Source: an uncultured Methanoregula sp.
Lineage (GTDB): Archaea; Halobacteriota; Methanomicrobia; Methanomicrobiales; Methanospirillaceae
Assembly (NCBI GenBank): GCA_964590895.1
Contig: CAZPYV010000001.1
Coordinates: forward strand, 262,164-326,163
DNA length: 64,000 nucleotides
Direction: 5' to 3'
Shown here piece by piece: positions 17,582-26,907 of the stretch. The stretch's first letter is position 1. Every line of letters begins with the position of its first letter. The notes below the pieces were generated by a model. That model saw only the letters and a program-made list of their open reading frames with translations. It had not been told where the DNA came from and did no database searches. Position numbers and translations under genes: made by a program.

Positions 17582-20047
17582 CTAGCGGGAATGAAGTTGC
17601 CTGAAAACCCGGCTGGCATCAGATTTTTTCCTTTCATCAATGTTCTGGGCAATGGTAGAGATACCGATAATGTGACCTTCTTCATCCTTGATGGGTGAAA
17701 GGGTTACACTGACTTTAACACGGGATCCATCTTTTCGTAGCCGGATCGTATCGAAACGTTCAATGGTCTCACCAGTCGCCACCCTCTTTAGGAAGAGGGG
17801 GATCTGATCGCGAAATTCCGGAGGAATAATGAGGCTGATATGATTTCCAATCACCTCTTCTGCAAGATAGCCGTAATACCGTTCCGCAGCTTTATTCCAG
17901 CTCTGGATTGTGCCGTCAAGTGTTTTTCCGATTATCGCATCATTTGAAGAATTCACAATCGATGCAAGTATAGAGCGCAGCCGGTCGGATTCTGTTTTGT
18001 CGGTTAAATCTTCATATACGACAAACTGTTCACTGCTTTTAAGGGTAATCGGACAGAAATGGATCTGGCGGACAGACCCGTCTTTGCAGGTAATCGGAAA
18101 TAAGCGGGGTTTTGCCAGATCCCAATCTTCACAACGATCCTGATTCCAGGTCTTAATTGCGTTCGTGCGATCAGTAATTTCGGGAAATGCCTTTAAAAAC
18201 CAGTCTTTTTCTGTGGGAATATCAGTAATTGTGTACCCAAAAATTTTTTCGAATTTTTTGTTCAGGTACCGGTAATTTCCTGAACTGTCGATTAAGGATA
18301 AAGGAAATGGAGAGAGTTCAGTGATCATCCTGAAGCGCTCCTCATTTTCGCGGATTTTTTGTATCAGTTCCTGTTTTTCTGTGGTATCAATTCCAACGGA
18401 TTGGTATTCTATTACTTTTCTGTCGGTATTAAAAATTGCACGATCTGTCCAGAAATGCCACCGTATTTTACCGTCAGGCAAAATTACCCGGTGTTCGATC
18501 GTCCCTGTGGGATTTTCTAAAGTAAGTGAAGCGAGATGCTGTTTCATCAACCCGGCATCTTCGTCCGGCAAAACCACTTTATGTGGACTCCCGATGCACG
18601 CACTTTTGTTCAATCCAAAATACCGGCAATATGCATCATTGACAAACGTGATGATTCCATCGGGGGTGAACCGGCAGATAAATTCGGTCTGGTCCTCTAC
18701 CACATTCCGGAATCGCTCTTCGCTCTCAATATGTGCCAATTCGATCCGTTTCCGTTCAGAAATATCCCTAAAAAACCCTTCAACACCAGTGATATTTCCC
18801 TCTGAGTCGTACAGGAGCTGACTGTTTGTGGATACAATTACCGTAGATCCATCCCTTTTTTTTAGGGTAATTTCATAATCAGTAACTTTTTTCTCCCGGT
18901 AAATAGTTTCCAGAAATTGTTTGCGTTCCTGAGATGAATAGTAAAACTTTTCAGCAATATTCTGCCCGATTATTTCCTGAAGAGAATCGTAGCCCAGCAG
19001 TTTTGACGCTGAAGGGCTGGCCATTATAAGGTTGCCATCTTTGTCAGAGCGGTAGTATATGTCCTGAATATTATCAAGAATGGTCCTGTACAATAATTCA
19101 CTCTGACGAAGCGCTTCTTGCGATTCTTTAAGCTCTGTGATGTCCCGCCCCACAGACTGGCATTCGGTAAGGGTGCTGTTTTTATCATAGAACCCACGGG
19201 TATTCCACTGGTGCCAGCGATACTTTCCGGTTCTGTCCAGTATCCGAACTTCAGTATACATGCCCTGCTTGGTTTTATTTATATCAGTGATCCTTTCCCG
19301 TACAAGACCGTGATCCTCAGGGAATATATAGGAAAAAATATTCTGTCCGCAAACGCCTTTACTGGAGATTCCAAGGTAACGGCTCAAGGATTCATTGATG
19401 AACGTGATAGTCCCGTCAGGGTGCCAACGGCAGATATAGTCGGTCTGGTCTTCAACAATGCCACGGAACCGTGCTTCAGAGATCATCAGGCGCTCTTCAA
19501 ACCGAATCTGTTCTGTGATGTCTTCTCCAATTACCGTCATTCCCTCTTCCCGGTTATCAAATACCGTTGGTATCAGACGAACCCGGTAATGGTAATCTTC
19601 GTTTTGTCGGGTTACGACAAATTCCCTCTGGATTTCTCCGGTTACCTGGATCTCTTTAAAAACATCCGGAATGGAAAGACGCGAGATAATAGGGGAGGTA
19701 AGATCATCTACCCGGTTTCCGATCAGATCATTTCTGGGTAATCCAAGAACCGTAAGAGCGTTCTCATTAACATCGAGAATGCGCATTTCCTGATCGATCA
19801 TGATAATAAAATCAGCAGAAAATTTGAGCATGGCTGATACAGGCATCTTGTGTGAGATCGTGTAGACCTTTGCAGGGCCGTATGAATTGAGGGCAACCTC
19901 TCCGGAGATAAGAAGCATTTCAAGATATTTTGCTGTTGAGTTCCGGTTGAGTTTAAGTTTATTGGCAATATCTGTTATTGTGAGCCCGTTGCGGTGAAGT
20001 TTAAGGAGAGTCAGAATTTTCTTTTGGGGCTCTGGACGGATATCCAT
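17582..20047 (-). CDS. wHTH + multi-PAS (about 6 units) sensor protein without a recognisable output domain
   Basis: The N-terminal winged helix is LTITDIANKLKLNRNSTAKYLEMLLISGEV. PAS/PAC-like units then repeat up to the stop, each introduced by ..E.RFR..VE.. segments. I used the ATG at 20047 (MDIRPE) because the track start at 20092 is TTG. Confidence 0.85.
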   Translation of the reverse strand: MDIRPEPQKKILTLLKLHRNGLTITDIANKLKLNRNSTAKYLEMLLISGEVALNSYGPAKVYTISHKMPVSAMLKFSADFIIMIDQEMRILDVNENALTVLGLPRNDLIGNRVDDLTSPIISRLSIPDVFKEIQVTGEIQREFVVTRQNEDYHYRVRLIPTVFDNREEGMTVIGEDITEQIRFEERLMISEARFRGIVEDQTDYICRWHPDGTITFINESLSRYLGISSKGVCGQNIFSYIFPEDHGLVRERITDINKTKQGMYTEVRILDRTGKYRWHQWNTRGFYDKNSTLTECQSVGRDITELKESQEALRQSELLYRTILDNIQDIYYRSDKDGNLIMASPSASKLLGYDSLQEIIGQNIAEKFYYSSQERKQFLETIYREKKVTDYEITLKKRDGSTVIVSTNSQLLYDSEGNITGVEGFFRDISERKRIELAHIESEERFRNVVEDQTEFICRFTPDGIITFVNDAYCRYFGLNKSACIGSPHKVVLPDEDAGLMKQHLASLTLENPTGTIEHRVILPDGKIRWHFWTDRAIFNTDRKVIEYQSVGIDTTEKQELIQKIRENEERFRMITELSPFPLSLIDSSGNYRYLNKKFEKIFGYTITDIPTEKDWFLKAFPEITDRTNAIKTWNQDRCEDWDLAKPRLFPITCKDGSVRQIHFCPITLKSSEQFVVYEDLTDKTESDRLRSILASIVNSSNDAIIGKTLDGTIQSWNKAAERYYGYLAEEVIGNHISLIIPPEFRDQIPLFLKRVATGETIERFDTIRLRKDGSRVKVSVTLSPIKDEEGHIIGISTIAQNIDERKKSDASRVFRQLHSR

Positions 20048-20302
20048 TTCTTTTAAACAGGGAGTATTATTATAAAAAGATATGCCATGCAATTCTGCAA
20101 GGTTTAATAATATTTTAATGACAGGGAATAGATGTTAAAATTGTATCATACCGACAAAAAAATATTATTGAAAAATTTCCCCTGTGCATTGGTTAAAAAA
20201 AAACGTTTGCAGTTTTGCTCGTTGTGCAGGCAGTACCTCATAAGGCAATATCCAATTGCAGAGAACATGGCAAGTGTGCAACGCAAATAAAAAAATGAGC
20301 GC

Positions 20303-20569
20303 CTAATGTTTTGGCCGGTCATCCGTTACCAGTTTTTCACCACGAACAAAATCTTTAGTCAGGTCATGCTGCATCTGCTTGCGGGACGTCTGAAGCTTGA
20401 GCTGAAGAAACACCACGTAAAAATTAATGCCCACAATAACAATGACAAGCATCAGACTCACCCAGAGCATGATACCCTTTGCTGAGAGAAACGCTGCCCA
20501 TAAAAGAACAACAAACGAGATCAGGTAAAAAACAATCCACGTCTGAATTCCCGGCAGCTCCATACACAT
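20303..20569 (-). CDS. small hypothetical membrane protein (2 TM)
   Basis: Two long hydrophobic segments (WIVFYLISFVVLLWAAFL and MLWVSLMLVIVIVGINFYVVFL) are followed by a charged tail. Confidence 0.4.
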   Translation of the reverse strand: MCMELPGIQTWIVFYLISFVVLLWAAFLSAKGIMLWVSLMLVIVIVGINFYVVFLQLKLQTSRKQMQHDLTKDFVRGEKLVTDDRPKH

Positions 20570-20727
20570 CAGTTATTCGCCAAATGCATAAAAAATATCC
20601 GTGGTTTTTCGTTGGGGAATCACAAATACCAAATAGAACCTAAAAAAAACTGCACCGTAATTCCGGAAATTTTTTTTATCCGGAAAACATCACCATAATT
20701 TTTATAGAGTATCGCCCAGTACTTTGT

Positions 20728-21378
20728 GTGGAAAAAGGCGACATAATCACCCTTGCTGTCGGTCTTGTCATTGTGCTGGTGATAGCCGTACTTGCAAACC
20801 CCCAGTACCTCTCTTCCATCAAGAGTATTGGTGAGAAGCCAACTCAAGTCCCAACACCAACCCCGCTTCCGGTTCCAACAGTCGTATACCCGACACCGAC
20901 AACGACCATTGCCAAACCAACACCCATACCAGTAGTAACTGATGCCCCACTGTATCGGATCACTTTTACCGACAATCCCTTCAGTTACCCGGTCTTTAAA
21001 CTTCCCGAAAATATGCAGAGATACGGCGCATCAGATATTCTCTCGCAAAAAACAGAGTGGGTTCCCTTTGCATATATAGATGGAAAACAGGGAGGCCTTA
21101 CAAAGAATTTTTCCGTACCTTACCCATTATGGCTAATCAATACCACCGTTACAGCAAATACAAATCCACAATATGGCAAATTCCAGATGGCCCTCTGCTA
21201 TACATCAAATGGCATCATCATTGAAGGAGAGGAGATCTTTAACCGTGGTACTTCATACCGTCTTGTACAAGTGTCCAATACGGATATGTATATGATCATC
21301 ACTGCTGCATATATCGATAGTTATCATATCAGTCTTGAAGCTCCGCGGGATTACTATGATATGTACCGGCCTCGGTAG
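20728..21378 (+). CDS. hypothetical membrane-anchored extracellular protein with a Pro/Thr-rich linker
   Basis: The ORF starts at a GTG. An N-terminal anchor (ITLAVGLVIVLVIAVLA) is followed by a PT-rich stretch (PTQVPTPTPLPVPTVVYPTPTTT) and a globular region of about 130 aa. Confidence 0.5.
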   Translation: MEKGDIITLAVGLVIVLVIAVLANPQYLSSIKSIGEKPTQVPTPTPLPVPTVVYPTPTTTIAKPTPIPVVTDAPLYRITFTDNPFSYPVFKLPENMQRYGASDILSQKTEWVPFAYIDGKQGGLTKNFSVPYPLWLINTTVTANTNPQYGKFQMALCYTSNGIIIEGEEIFNRGTSYRLVQVSNTDMYMIITAAYIDSYHISLEAPRDYYDMYRPR

Positions 21379-21437
21379 TGTTGTTCGTTTTTTAGCTCTT
21401 TTTGTTTCATTGTCGTTTCCTGAAACGATCCACTGCA

Positions 21438-21490
21438 CGATTTGATGAGCGTTTTCTGTTTGACTGATGATGGGACCAACTGCTGAATTG
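21438..21490 (+). ncRNA. weak C/D-box sRNA-like candidate
   Basis: uUGAUGA lies at 21442-21448 and CUGA at 21464-21467, overlapping a second UGAUGA at 21465-21470. A 12-nt spacer follows, then CUGA at 21483-21486. The flanks cgat/attg could form a 4-bp terminal stem. The D'/C' overlap and the 15-nt first spacer are atypical. Confidence 0.2.
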
Positions 21491-21643
21491 GGTTTGTTGA
21501 TTTTTTCAAATCAGAGATTTGGTTTTTTTACGGCAGAATAACTAACAATACTCACGTAAAATGATCTATTTCAACACCTTTTTTTAAAGACTTCCAGCAC
21601 ATTGACCGATAAATATCTCTGATAATTCAAAAAAAGATTGCAG

Positions 21644-22690
21644 TTATTTTTTTAACCGCACTTCCATCTGCGGGAAGGGGATCAAAATCCCTTCAGCTGC
21701 AAAACGTTCTGCGATTTGTGTGTTGATGGAATCTTTTACTTCATCAGGAAGGTTATATTTGCGTGCCCAGACGTAGAGTATAAATTTCAGACTGGAATCC
21801 TGGAACTCTGAAAAAAATGCTTTTGGGGCTGGTTCTTCAAGAAGGTATTCGGTATTTTTAATAGTATTTTGTGCAATGTCAAGCAGGATCTCTTTTACCT
21901 TTTTTGGATCGCTACCATAGGCTACAGAAGCCGGGATAATAATTCTGATTTTTTGATCTGGTTCTGCATAATTTACAATTACATTGGTAGTTATCTTGTT
22001 ATTGGGTATCGTGACAATCTGGTAATCCAAAGTTTTTAAGCGGGTACTCCTCGGTCCGATACTCATTACATCCCCATAATACTGGTCTACCTTTATACGG
22101 TCGCCTATCCTGAACGGTTTGTCGACGGTAATAATTGCCCCGCCAAAGAAGTTAGAGATAAGATCCTGCGCTGCCAGAGCAACAGCCAGCCCGGCGATAC
22201 CAGCACCTGCAAGGAACGGGGTAATATTCACTTCAAAGATGGACAAGACGGCCATTAAAGCTGCAAACCAGATCACATATTTGACAATAAGTTCGAGCAG
22301 CTCTACTAACCGGTCATCCCAATCACCCTCCGAGTTTTCAGCCAGTTCATGACCATAGATGACAATGATATCGTGCAGGAAAGATGAGATGATCCATGCA
22401 CCGATCACAACATAAAATGCAGTAACGTACCGTGGATCAAGCAGCCATTGCAGGTTTGAGGGAAGAATGCCGAAATGACTGATCGCAAAATAGATTGCGA
22501 CAACAACGATAGCGACTTGGACCGGGGTACCAATTGCTGCAATAATGATATCGTCCCAATTCGTTTCCGTTTCTCCGGCTTTTGTTTTAAGCCAGTTAAC
22601 AACTGCCCGTACGATTAGGGCAATAAGCACGCCAAATACAACTGTTGCAGCTGCATACGCGTAATTGATATCTGAAATCCCTAGCTCCAT
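21644..22690 (-). CDS. mechanosensitive ion channel (MscS family)
   Basis: N-terminal TM helices are followed by the MscS beta-domain signature (FFGGAIITVDKPFRIGDRIKVDQYYGDVMSIGPRSTRLKTLDYQIVTIPNNKI). I used the ATG at 22690 (MELGISD) to avoid an overlap with hypD. Confidence 0.85.
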   Translation of the reverse strand: MELGISDINYAYAAATVVFGVLIALIVRAVVNWLKTKAGETETNWDDIIIAAIGTPVQVAIVVVAIYFAISHFGILPSNLQWLLDPRYVTAFYVVIGAWIISSFLHDIIVIYGHELAENSEGDWDDRLVELLELIVKYVIWFAALMAVLSIFEVNITPFLAGAGIAGLAVALAAQDLISNFFGGAIITVDKPFRIGDRIKVDQYYGDVMSIGPRSTRLKTLDYQIVTIPNNKITTNVIVNYAEPDQKIRIIIPASVAYGSDPKKVKEILLDIAQNTIKNTEYLLEEPAPKAFFSEFQDSSLKFILYVWARKYNLPDEVKDSINTQIAERFAAEGILIPFPQMEVRLKK

Positions 22691-22734
22691 GTACGTAAAC
22701 TTATGTGACCTAAAGTAAATAATATTAAGATTAC

Positions 22735-23763
22735 ATGGCGACGGGAACTGATATAGCCAAAACACTTGCAGAGTTAGTGGACCGGGATATGACCTTTATG
22801 CATATCTGCGGTACTCATGAAGCATCCATAGCACGTTCCGGTCTGCGCAGTATCCTGCCAGAACAATTAAAGATCGTAATGGGCCCGGGATGCCCGGTCT
22901 GTATCACCCCGCAAGGCGAGATTGATGCAGCACTTGATCTGGTTGACAAAAACTGTATTATCGCTACATATGGCGACCTTCTCCGTGTTCCCGGATCAAA
23001 AGGCTCACTTGAATCATGCGGTGGAGATGTCAGGGTGGTGCAGGGCGTTCATAAAGCCGTCGAGATTGCCCAGAAGACCGATAAAGAAGTGGTATTCATC
23101 TCCGTAGGTTTTGAGACAACTGCTCCTACGGTTGCTGCAACTATTCTAACAAAACCCCCGAAAAATTTCTCCATTCTTTCCTGTCATCGCATTGTTCCCC
23201 CCGCCATGAAATGGTTACTTGAACAAGGTGAAGCTAAACTTCACGGGTTCATGCTTCCCGGTCATGTCTGCACTATTATGGGATATGAGGAGTATGAACA
23301 GTTTCCGGTCCCGCAGGTTGTAGCAGGGTTTGAACCCGAAGATGTCCTTCTTGGTCTGCTTATGCTGGTCAGACAGGTAAAGGAAGGAACGCACAGGGTT
23401 GACAATGCATATCCAAGAGCCGTTTCACGCGAAGGTAACGTAAAAGCCAAAAAAGTAATGTATGAAGTTTTTGAAACTTCCGATGTTGAATGGCGGGGTT
23501 TTCCGGTTATTCCGGGCTCCGGATTACGGTTGAAAAAAGAATTTGAACAGTACGATGCCCAGAAAAAATTTAAGATTGTCTTTAAACACATCAGTAAGCA
23601 CTCGGCCTGTGTCTGCGATAAAGTGCTGAGAGGAATTGCCACTCCGGAAGACTGTAAGCTCTACGGAAAGGTCTGCACCCCGAGAAACCCGGTCGGTCCG
23701 TGTATGGTCAGTCATGAAGGTGCCTGCAAGATATGGCACATGTATCACGTAAAAAAAGTGTGA
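22735..23763 (+). CDS. hypD: [NiFe]-hydrogenase maturation factor HypD
   Basis: The HypD motifs are present: MHICGTHE, GPGCPVC, VGFETTAP, and the C-terminal Cys-rich segment (CVCDKVLRG...C.PRNPVGPCMVSHEGAC). Confidence 0.9.
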   Translation: MATGTDIAKTLAELVDRDMTFMHICGTHEASIARSGLRSILPEQLKIVMGPGCPVCITPQGEIDAALDLVDKNCIIATYGDLLRVPGSKGSLESCGGDVRVVQGVHKAVEIAQKTDKEVVFISVGFETTAPTVAATILTKPPKNFSILSCHRIVPPAMKWLLEQGEAKLHGFMLPGHVCTIMGYEEYEQFPVPQVVAGFEPEDVLLGLLMLVRQVKEGTHRVDNAYPRAVSREGNVKAKKVMYEVFETSDVEWRGFPVIPGSGLRLKKEFEQYDAQKKFKIVFKHISKHSACVCDKVLRGIATPEDCKLYGKVCTPRNPVGPCMVSHEGACKIWHMYHVKKV

Positions 23764-23824
23764 TCCTTACGAAACATCCTTGCATTTATATGGGTAGGGA
23801 AGAGAATAAGTAAGGTAAATTTTT

Positions 23825-23896
23825 GCCTCGGTAGGGTAGCGGACATCCTAGAAGCCTCCGGAGCTTTTGACCCGGGTTCAAGTCCCGGCCGAGGCG
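23825..23896 (+). tRNA. tRNA-Arg (anticodon CCG)
   Basis: I folded the cloverleaf manually. The acceptor stem is GCCUCGG/CCGAGGC with discriminator G. The D-loop is AGCGGACA. The anticodon stem is GAAGC/GCUUU with loop CU-CCG-GA. The T-arm is CCGGG-UUCAAGU-CCCGG. No CCA is encoded, and a T-rich tract follows. Confidence 0.9.
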
Positions 23897-23962
23897 CTCT
23901 GGTTTTTGTTTTAATCTTTTTGTCCCAGGAACACAAATTTTCAAAAAAAGAATAATCAAAAA

Positions 23963-25009
23963 TTATAATACCGGCTTTTTCTTCAGCGCAGCTACAAGAA
24001 TTTTTACACCGGCTTCAATATCCTGGCAATCCAGCACTTCTACCGGTGAATGAATATACCGCGAAGGGATGCTGACAGTTGTACTTGGGATGCCACCTTT
24101 TGTCAGGTGGATTGCAGTTGCATCGGTCGTTCCCCCGCTGCCGACTTCCATCTGCACGGGAATTGAATTTGAATCAGCTGCATCCTTTAACCATTTGACC
24201 ACTTTACGATTGGCTATTAAACCTCTTCCACTGCTATCAACAATAGTGATGACAGGACCTTTTCCCATCACAACAGGAGCATCCTTCATCTCAATGCCCG
24301 GATGATCGCCGGGGATGGTGACATCGGTTGCAATTGCACAATCGGGATCGAGTGCATAAGCACTTGTACGTGCGCCTTTCAAACCAACTTCTTCCTGTAC
24401 TGTAAAAACGCCAAAGATGGTGAGCGGGGACTTTACTTCCTGTAACGTTTTTATCAGCATGGCGACACCGGCCCGGTTGTCAAAGGCTTTTCCGGTAACC
24501 CGTGAATTTGCCAGTTCACAGAATTCCCGGTCAATGGTAACAGGAGTACCGACATCAATACCGAGATAATCAACCTCATTAGGATTTGTTGCACCGATAT
24601 CAATGAAGAGATCATCGACTTTCACACCCTTCTTACGCTCTTCATCATCCATCATGTGCGGGGGTTTACCGCCAATGACACCAATAACAGGACCGTTTGT
24701 TCCATGAAGGACTACCCGCTGATTGTAGAGTGTTGGCCCGTACCATCCGCCGAGAGCAACGAACCGGATAAAGCCTTTTTCTTCTATGTACTTCACCATG
24801 AGCCCGATCTCATCCATGTGAGCGGCGAGCATCACCTTGAACTTGTTACCGTGCTTGATTGCGATCAGGTTGCCCATCGGATCTTCACGGATCTCATCGA
24901 CATGCCCTTTAAGCTCTTTTTTGATGAGTGCATAGACGTTGCCTTCACTGCCCGATACACCGTGGGCATTGGATAATTTACGTAACAGTTCTTTGACCAT
25001 GTTAATCAC
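23963..25009 (-). CDS. M42 family aminopeptidase (TET/FrvX-like)
   Basis: Family signatures are present (HGVSGSEGNV, DPMGNLIA, MLAAHMDEIGLMV, FDNRAGV, TVQEEVGLKGA, SIPSRYIHSP). Confidence 0.85.
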   Translation of the reverse strand: MINMVKELLRKLSNAHGVSGSEGNVYALIKKELKGHVDEIREDPMGNLIAIKHGNKFKVMLAAHMDEIGLMVKYIEEKGFIRFVALGGWYGPTLYNQRVVLHGTNGPVIGVIGGKPPHMMDDEERKKGVKVDDLFIDIGATNPNEVDYLGIDVGTPVTIDREFCELANSRVTGKAFDNRAGVAMLIKTLQEVKSPLTIFGVFTVQEEVGLKGARTSAYALDPDCAIATDVTIPGDHPGIEMKDAPVVMGKGPVITIVDSSGRGLIANRKVVKWLKDAADSNSIPVQMEVGSGGTTDATAIHLTKGGIPSTTVSIPSRYIHSPVEVLDCQDIEAGVKILVAALKKKPVL

Positions 25010-26108
25010 ACATTACTTTTTCTATCCTATCAAGGGCACGCTTTAAGTTCTCTTTCGATGTGGCATAACTCATGCGGGCATACTCAGGCGCATTGACACC
25101 GAACGCAGAGCCCGGAACAATCACTACACCGGAATCAATAATTTTCTGGGTAAGCACAGGTTTCATGGGAACAAATGCGTAAAATGCACCTTCAGGAAGC
25201 GGGAAGTTCAACCCAAGTGCAGACAATCCTTTGCAGAAGAGATCCCGCCGCGCCCGGTATTCATCGCACATCACTTTAACGGGATGTTGATCCCCTTCGT
25301 ATGCGGCAACTGCTGCGTACTGGGAGATGGAAGTAGCGCAGGCAAGGCAGTACTGGTGAACTTTGATACACTGGCCAATGATATCGGGAGATGCCGCAAG
25401 ATAACCAAGACGCCAGCCGGTCATTGCATAGGTCTTGCTCGCCGCATTAATGGTGATGACATTTTCACCGAACTGGGCAGCACTCCAGTGCTTTTTTCCA
25501 TAAATGAAATGCTCGTACACTTCATCAGACACAACAGTAACACCGGCATCATCAGCATATTCAACTATGGCTTTTATGGACTCTTTGCTCTCAACTGCAC
25601 CGGTGGGATTTGCCGGGGAGTTCAAGACAAAGAGTTTTGCCCCGCCCATCAACTCCTTTGCCTTCTCAACCTGAATATGCAAATCTTTGGTGAGTGGGAC
25701 ACTGACCGGATGACCACCAGCAAGGATTGCCATTGAAGCGTAAGAGACAAAACCCGGATCCGGGCAAAGCACCCTGTCGCCACTACCGATCATTGCCTGC
25801 ATCACAATATGGAGTGCTTCGCTTGCACCGGCAGTAACAATGATCTGATCCGGAGTATAAGAGAGTTGATTCTCTTTTTTGAATTTTTCACTTATTGCTC
25901 TGCGAAGTTCGGGAATACCATTGTTACCGGTATAGCCGGTCTTTCCTTCCTGTATCGCTTTTATCGCTGCATCTTTGATGTGCTGAGGTGTATCAAAATC
26001 TGGTTGGCCAAGCCCTAAATTGATGGAGTCCGGACCTGCTGCTTCAAACAAGCGGCGGATACCCGAAATCTCAATATCTTTTACCCGTTCTGCAAATTTC
26101 ATGCTCAT
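25002..26108 (-). CDS. class I/II PLP-dependent aminotransferase (aspartate aminotransferase-like)
   Basis: Family signatures are present (ISGIRRLF, NLGLGQPDF, YTGNNGIPELR, NSPANPTG, SKTYAMTGWRLGY). Confidence 0.85.
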   Translation of the reverse strand: MSMKFAERVKDIEISGIRRLFEAAGPDSINLGLGQPDFDTPQHIKDAAIKAIQEGKTGYTGNNGIPELRRAISEKFKKENQLSYTPDQIIVTAGASEALHIVMQAMIGSGDRVLCPDPGFVSYASMAILAGGHPVSVPLTKDLHIQVEKAKELMGGAKLFVLNSPANPTGAVESKESIKAIVEYADDAGVTVVSDEVYEHFIYGKKHWSAAQFGENVITINAASKTYAMTGWRLGYLAASPDIIGQCIKVHQYCLACATSISQYAAVAAYEGDQHPVKVMCDEYRARRDLFCKGLSALGLNFPLPEGAFYAFVPMKPVLTQKIIDSGVVIVPGSAFGVNAPEYARMSYATSKENLKRALDRIEKVMCD

Positions 26109-26117
26109 TGTTATCTC

Positions 26118-26732
26118 CTATTCAATATTCGTATGCCGGTTCTTGAGAGCGCTTTCATCGGTCTTTGTTATCTCCATTAACCTCGATACCACCGCATCTG
26201 CAAAGATCATGGAGACCGTCTCAAAGAGCGTTCCTAAAGGAGCAAACGATTTGTGCTCACCCATCATCTGCCGGATCTCAAACTCAACTGCATCATCTTC
26301 TACAGAATCCCGGTGCTGCTCTATTATCACTATGCAATCAGAGATCTTACCTATACGGGAATCTGCATTCGAAGAGATTAGGCAGATTCTTCCACCAATC
26401 TCCTTTGCAGTCTCTGCCAGATCAGCAACGGTCTTTGTCCGGCCGGAACCCGAGAAGATAACCATCAGATCTCCTTTGTTCAATGCCGGAGTTATTGTTT
26501 CTCCGACCACATATGCATGAAACCCCAGATGCATGAGACGCATGGCAAAGGCTTTTGCCACAAGTCCTGACCGTCCAGCACCGATCACATAAATGCGTTT
26601 TGCGTTTAAGAGTTCGGTAATAAACTTCCCTATAGCGTCATCTGATATGGTATCGGCAATTGAACGGATCTTTGATGCCATCAGCCGCATCATTTCCTGT
26701 ACCCTGTGGCTCTCCAATATTTTTCCCCACAA
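26118..26732 (-). CDS. hxlB: SIS-domain 6-phospho-3-hexuloisomerase-like protein
   Basis: The SIS motifs are present (RIYVIGAGRSGLVAKAFAMRLMHLG, DLMVIFSGSGRT). This family is typical of the methanogen RuMP-type pentose route. The specific activity is inferred. Confidence 0.7.
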   Translation of the reverse strand: MWGKILESHRVQEMMRLMASKIRSIADTISDDAIGKFITELLNAKRIYVIGAGRSGLVAKAFAMRLMHLGFHAYVVGETITPALNKGDLMVIFSGSGRTKTVADLAETAKEIGGRICLISSNADSRIGKISDCIVIIEQHRDSVEDDAVEFEIRQMMGEHKSFAPLGTLFETVSMIFADAVVSRLMEITKTDESALKNRHTNIE

Positions 26733-26907
26733 GAAGATGCTATTGCAAAGTAGATGAGAATTTCGTAAATGATTCTCAAGCTCGATTAAGCAAAAGGCAA
26801 TTTCTCACCTTTAATTATGTAAATCCGGTAAAGATAAGCAGTCATTCGCCCCCTTAAACGAGGTATAAAAGTTTGAAAGATAACAAGCAAAAACAGCAGA
26901 ATAAAAT

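Noticed and set aside
22735-23763. Possibility of a hydrogenase maturation operon around hypD
   Set aside because: No hypC, hypE, hypF, hypA or hypB gene is adjacent. hypD stands alone between an MscS channel gene and a tRNA, so no operon claim is made.
23745-23936. 63-aa minus-strand ORF
   Set aside because: It lies directly over the tRNA-Arg(CCG) gene, so it is an artefact of the tRNA sequence.
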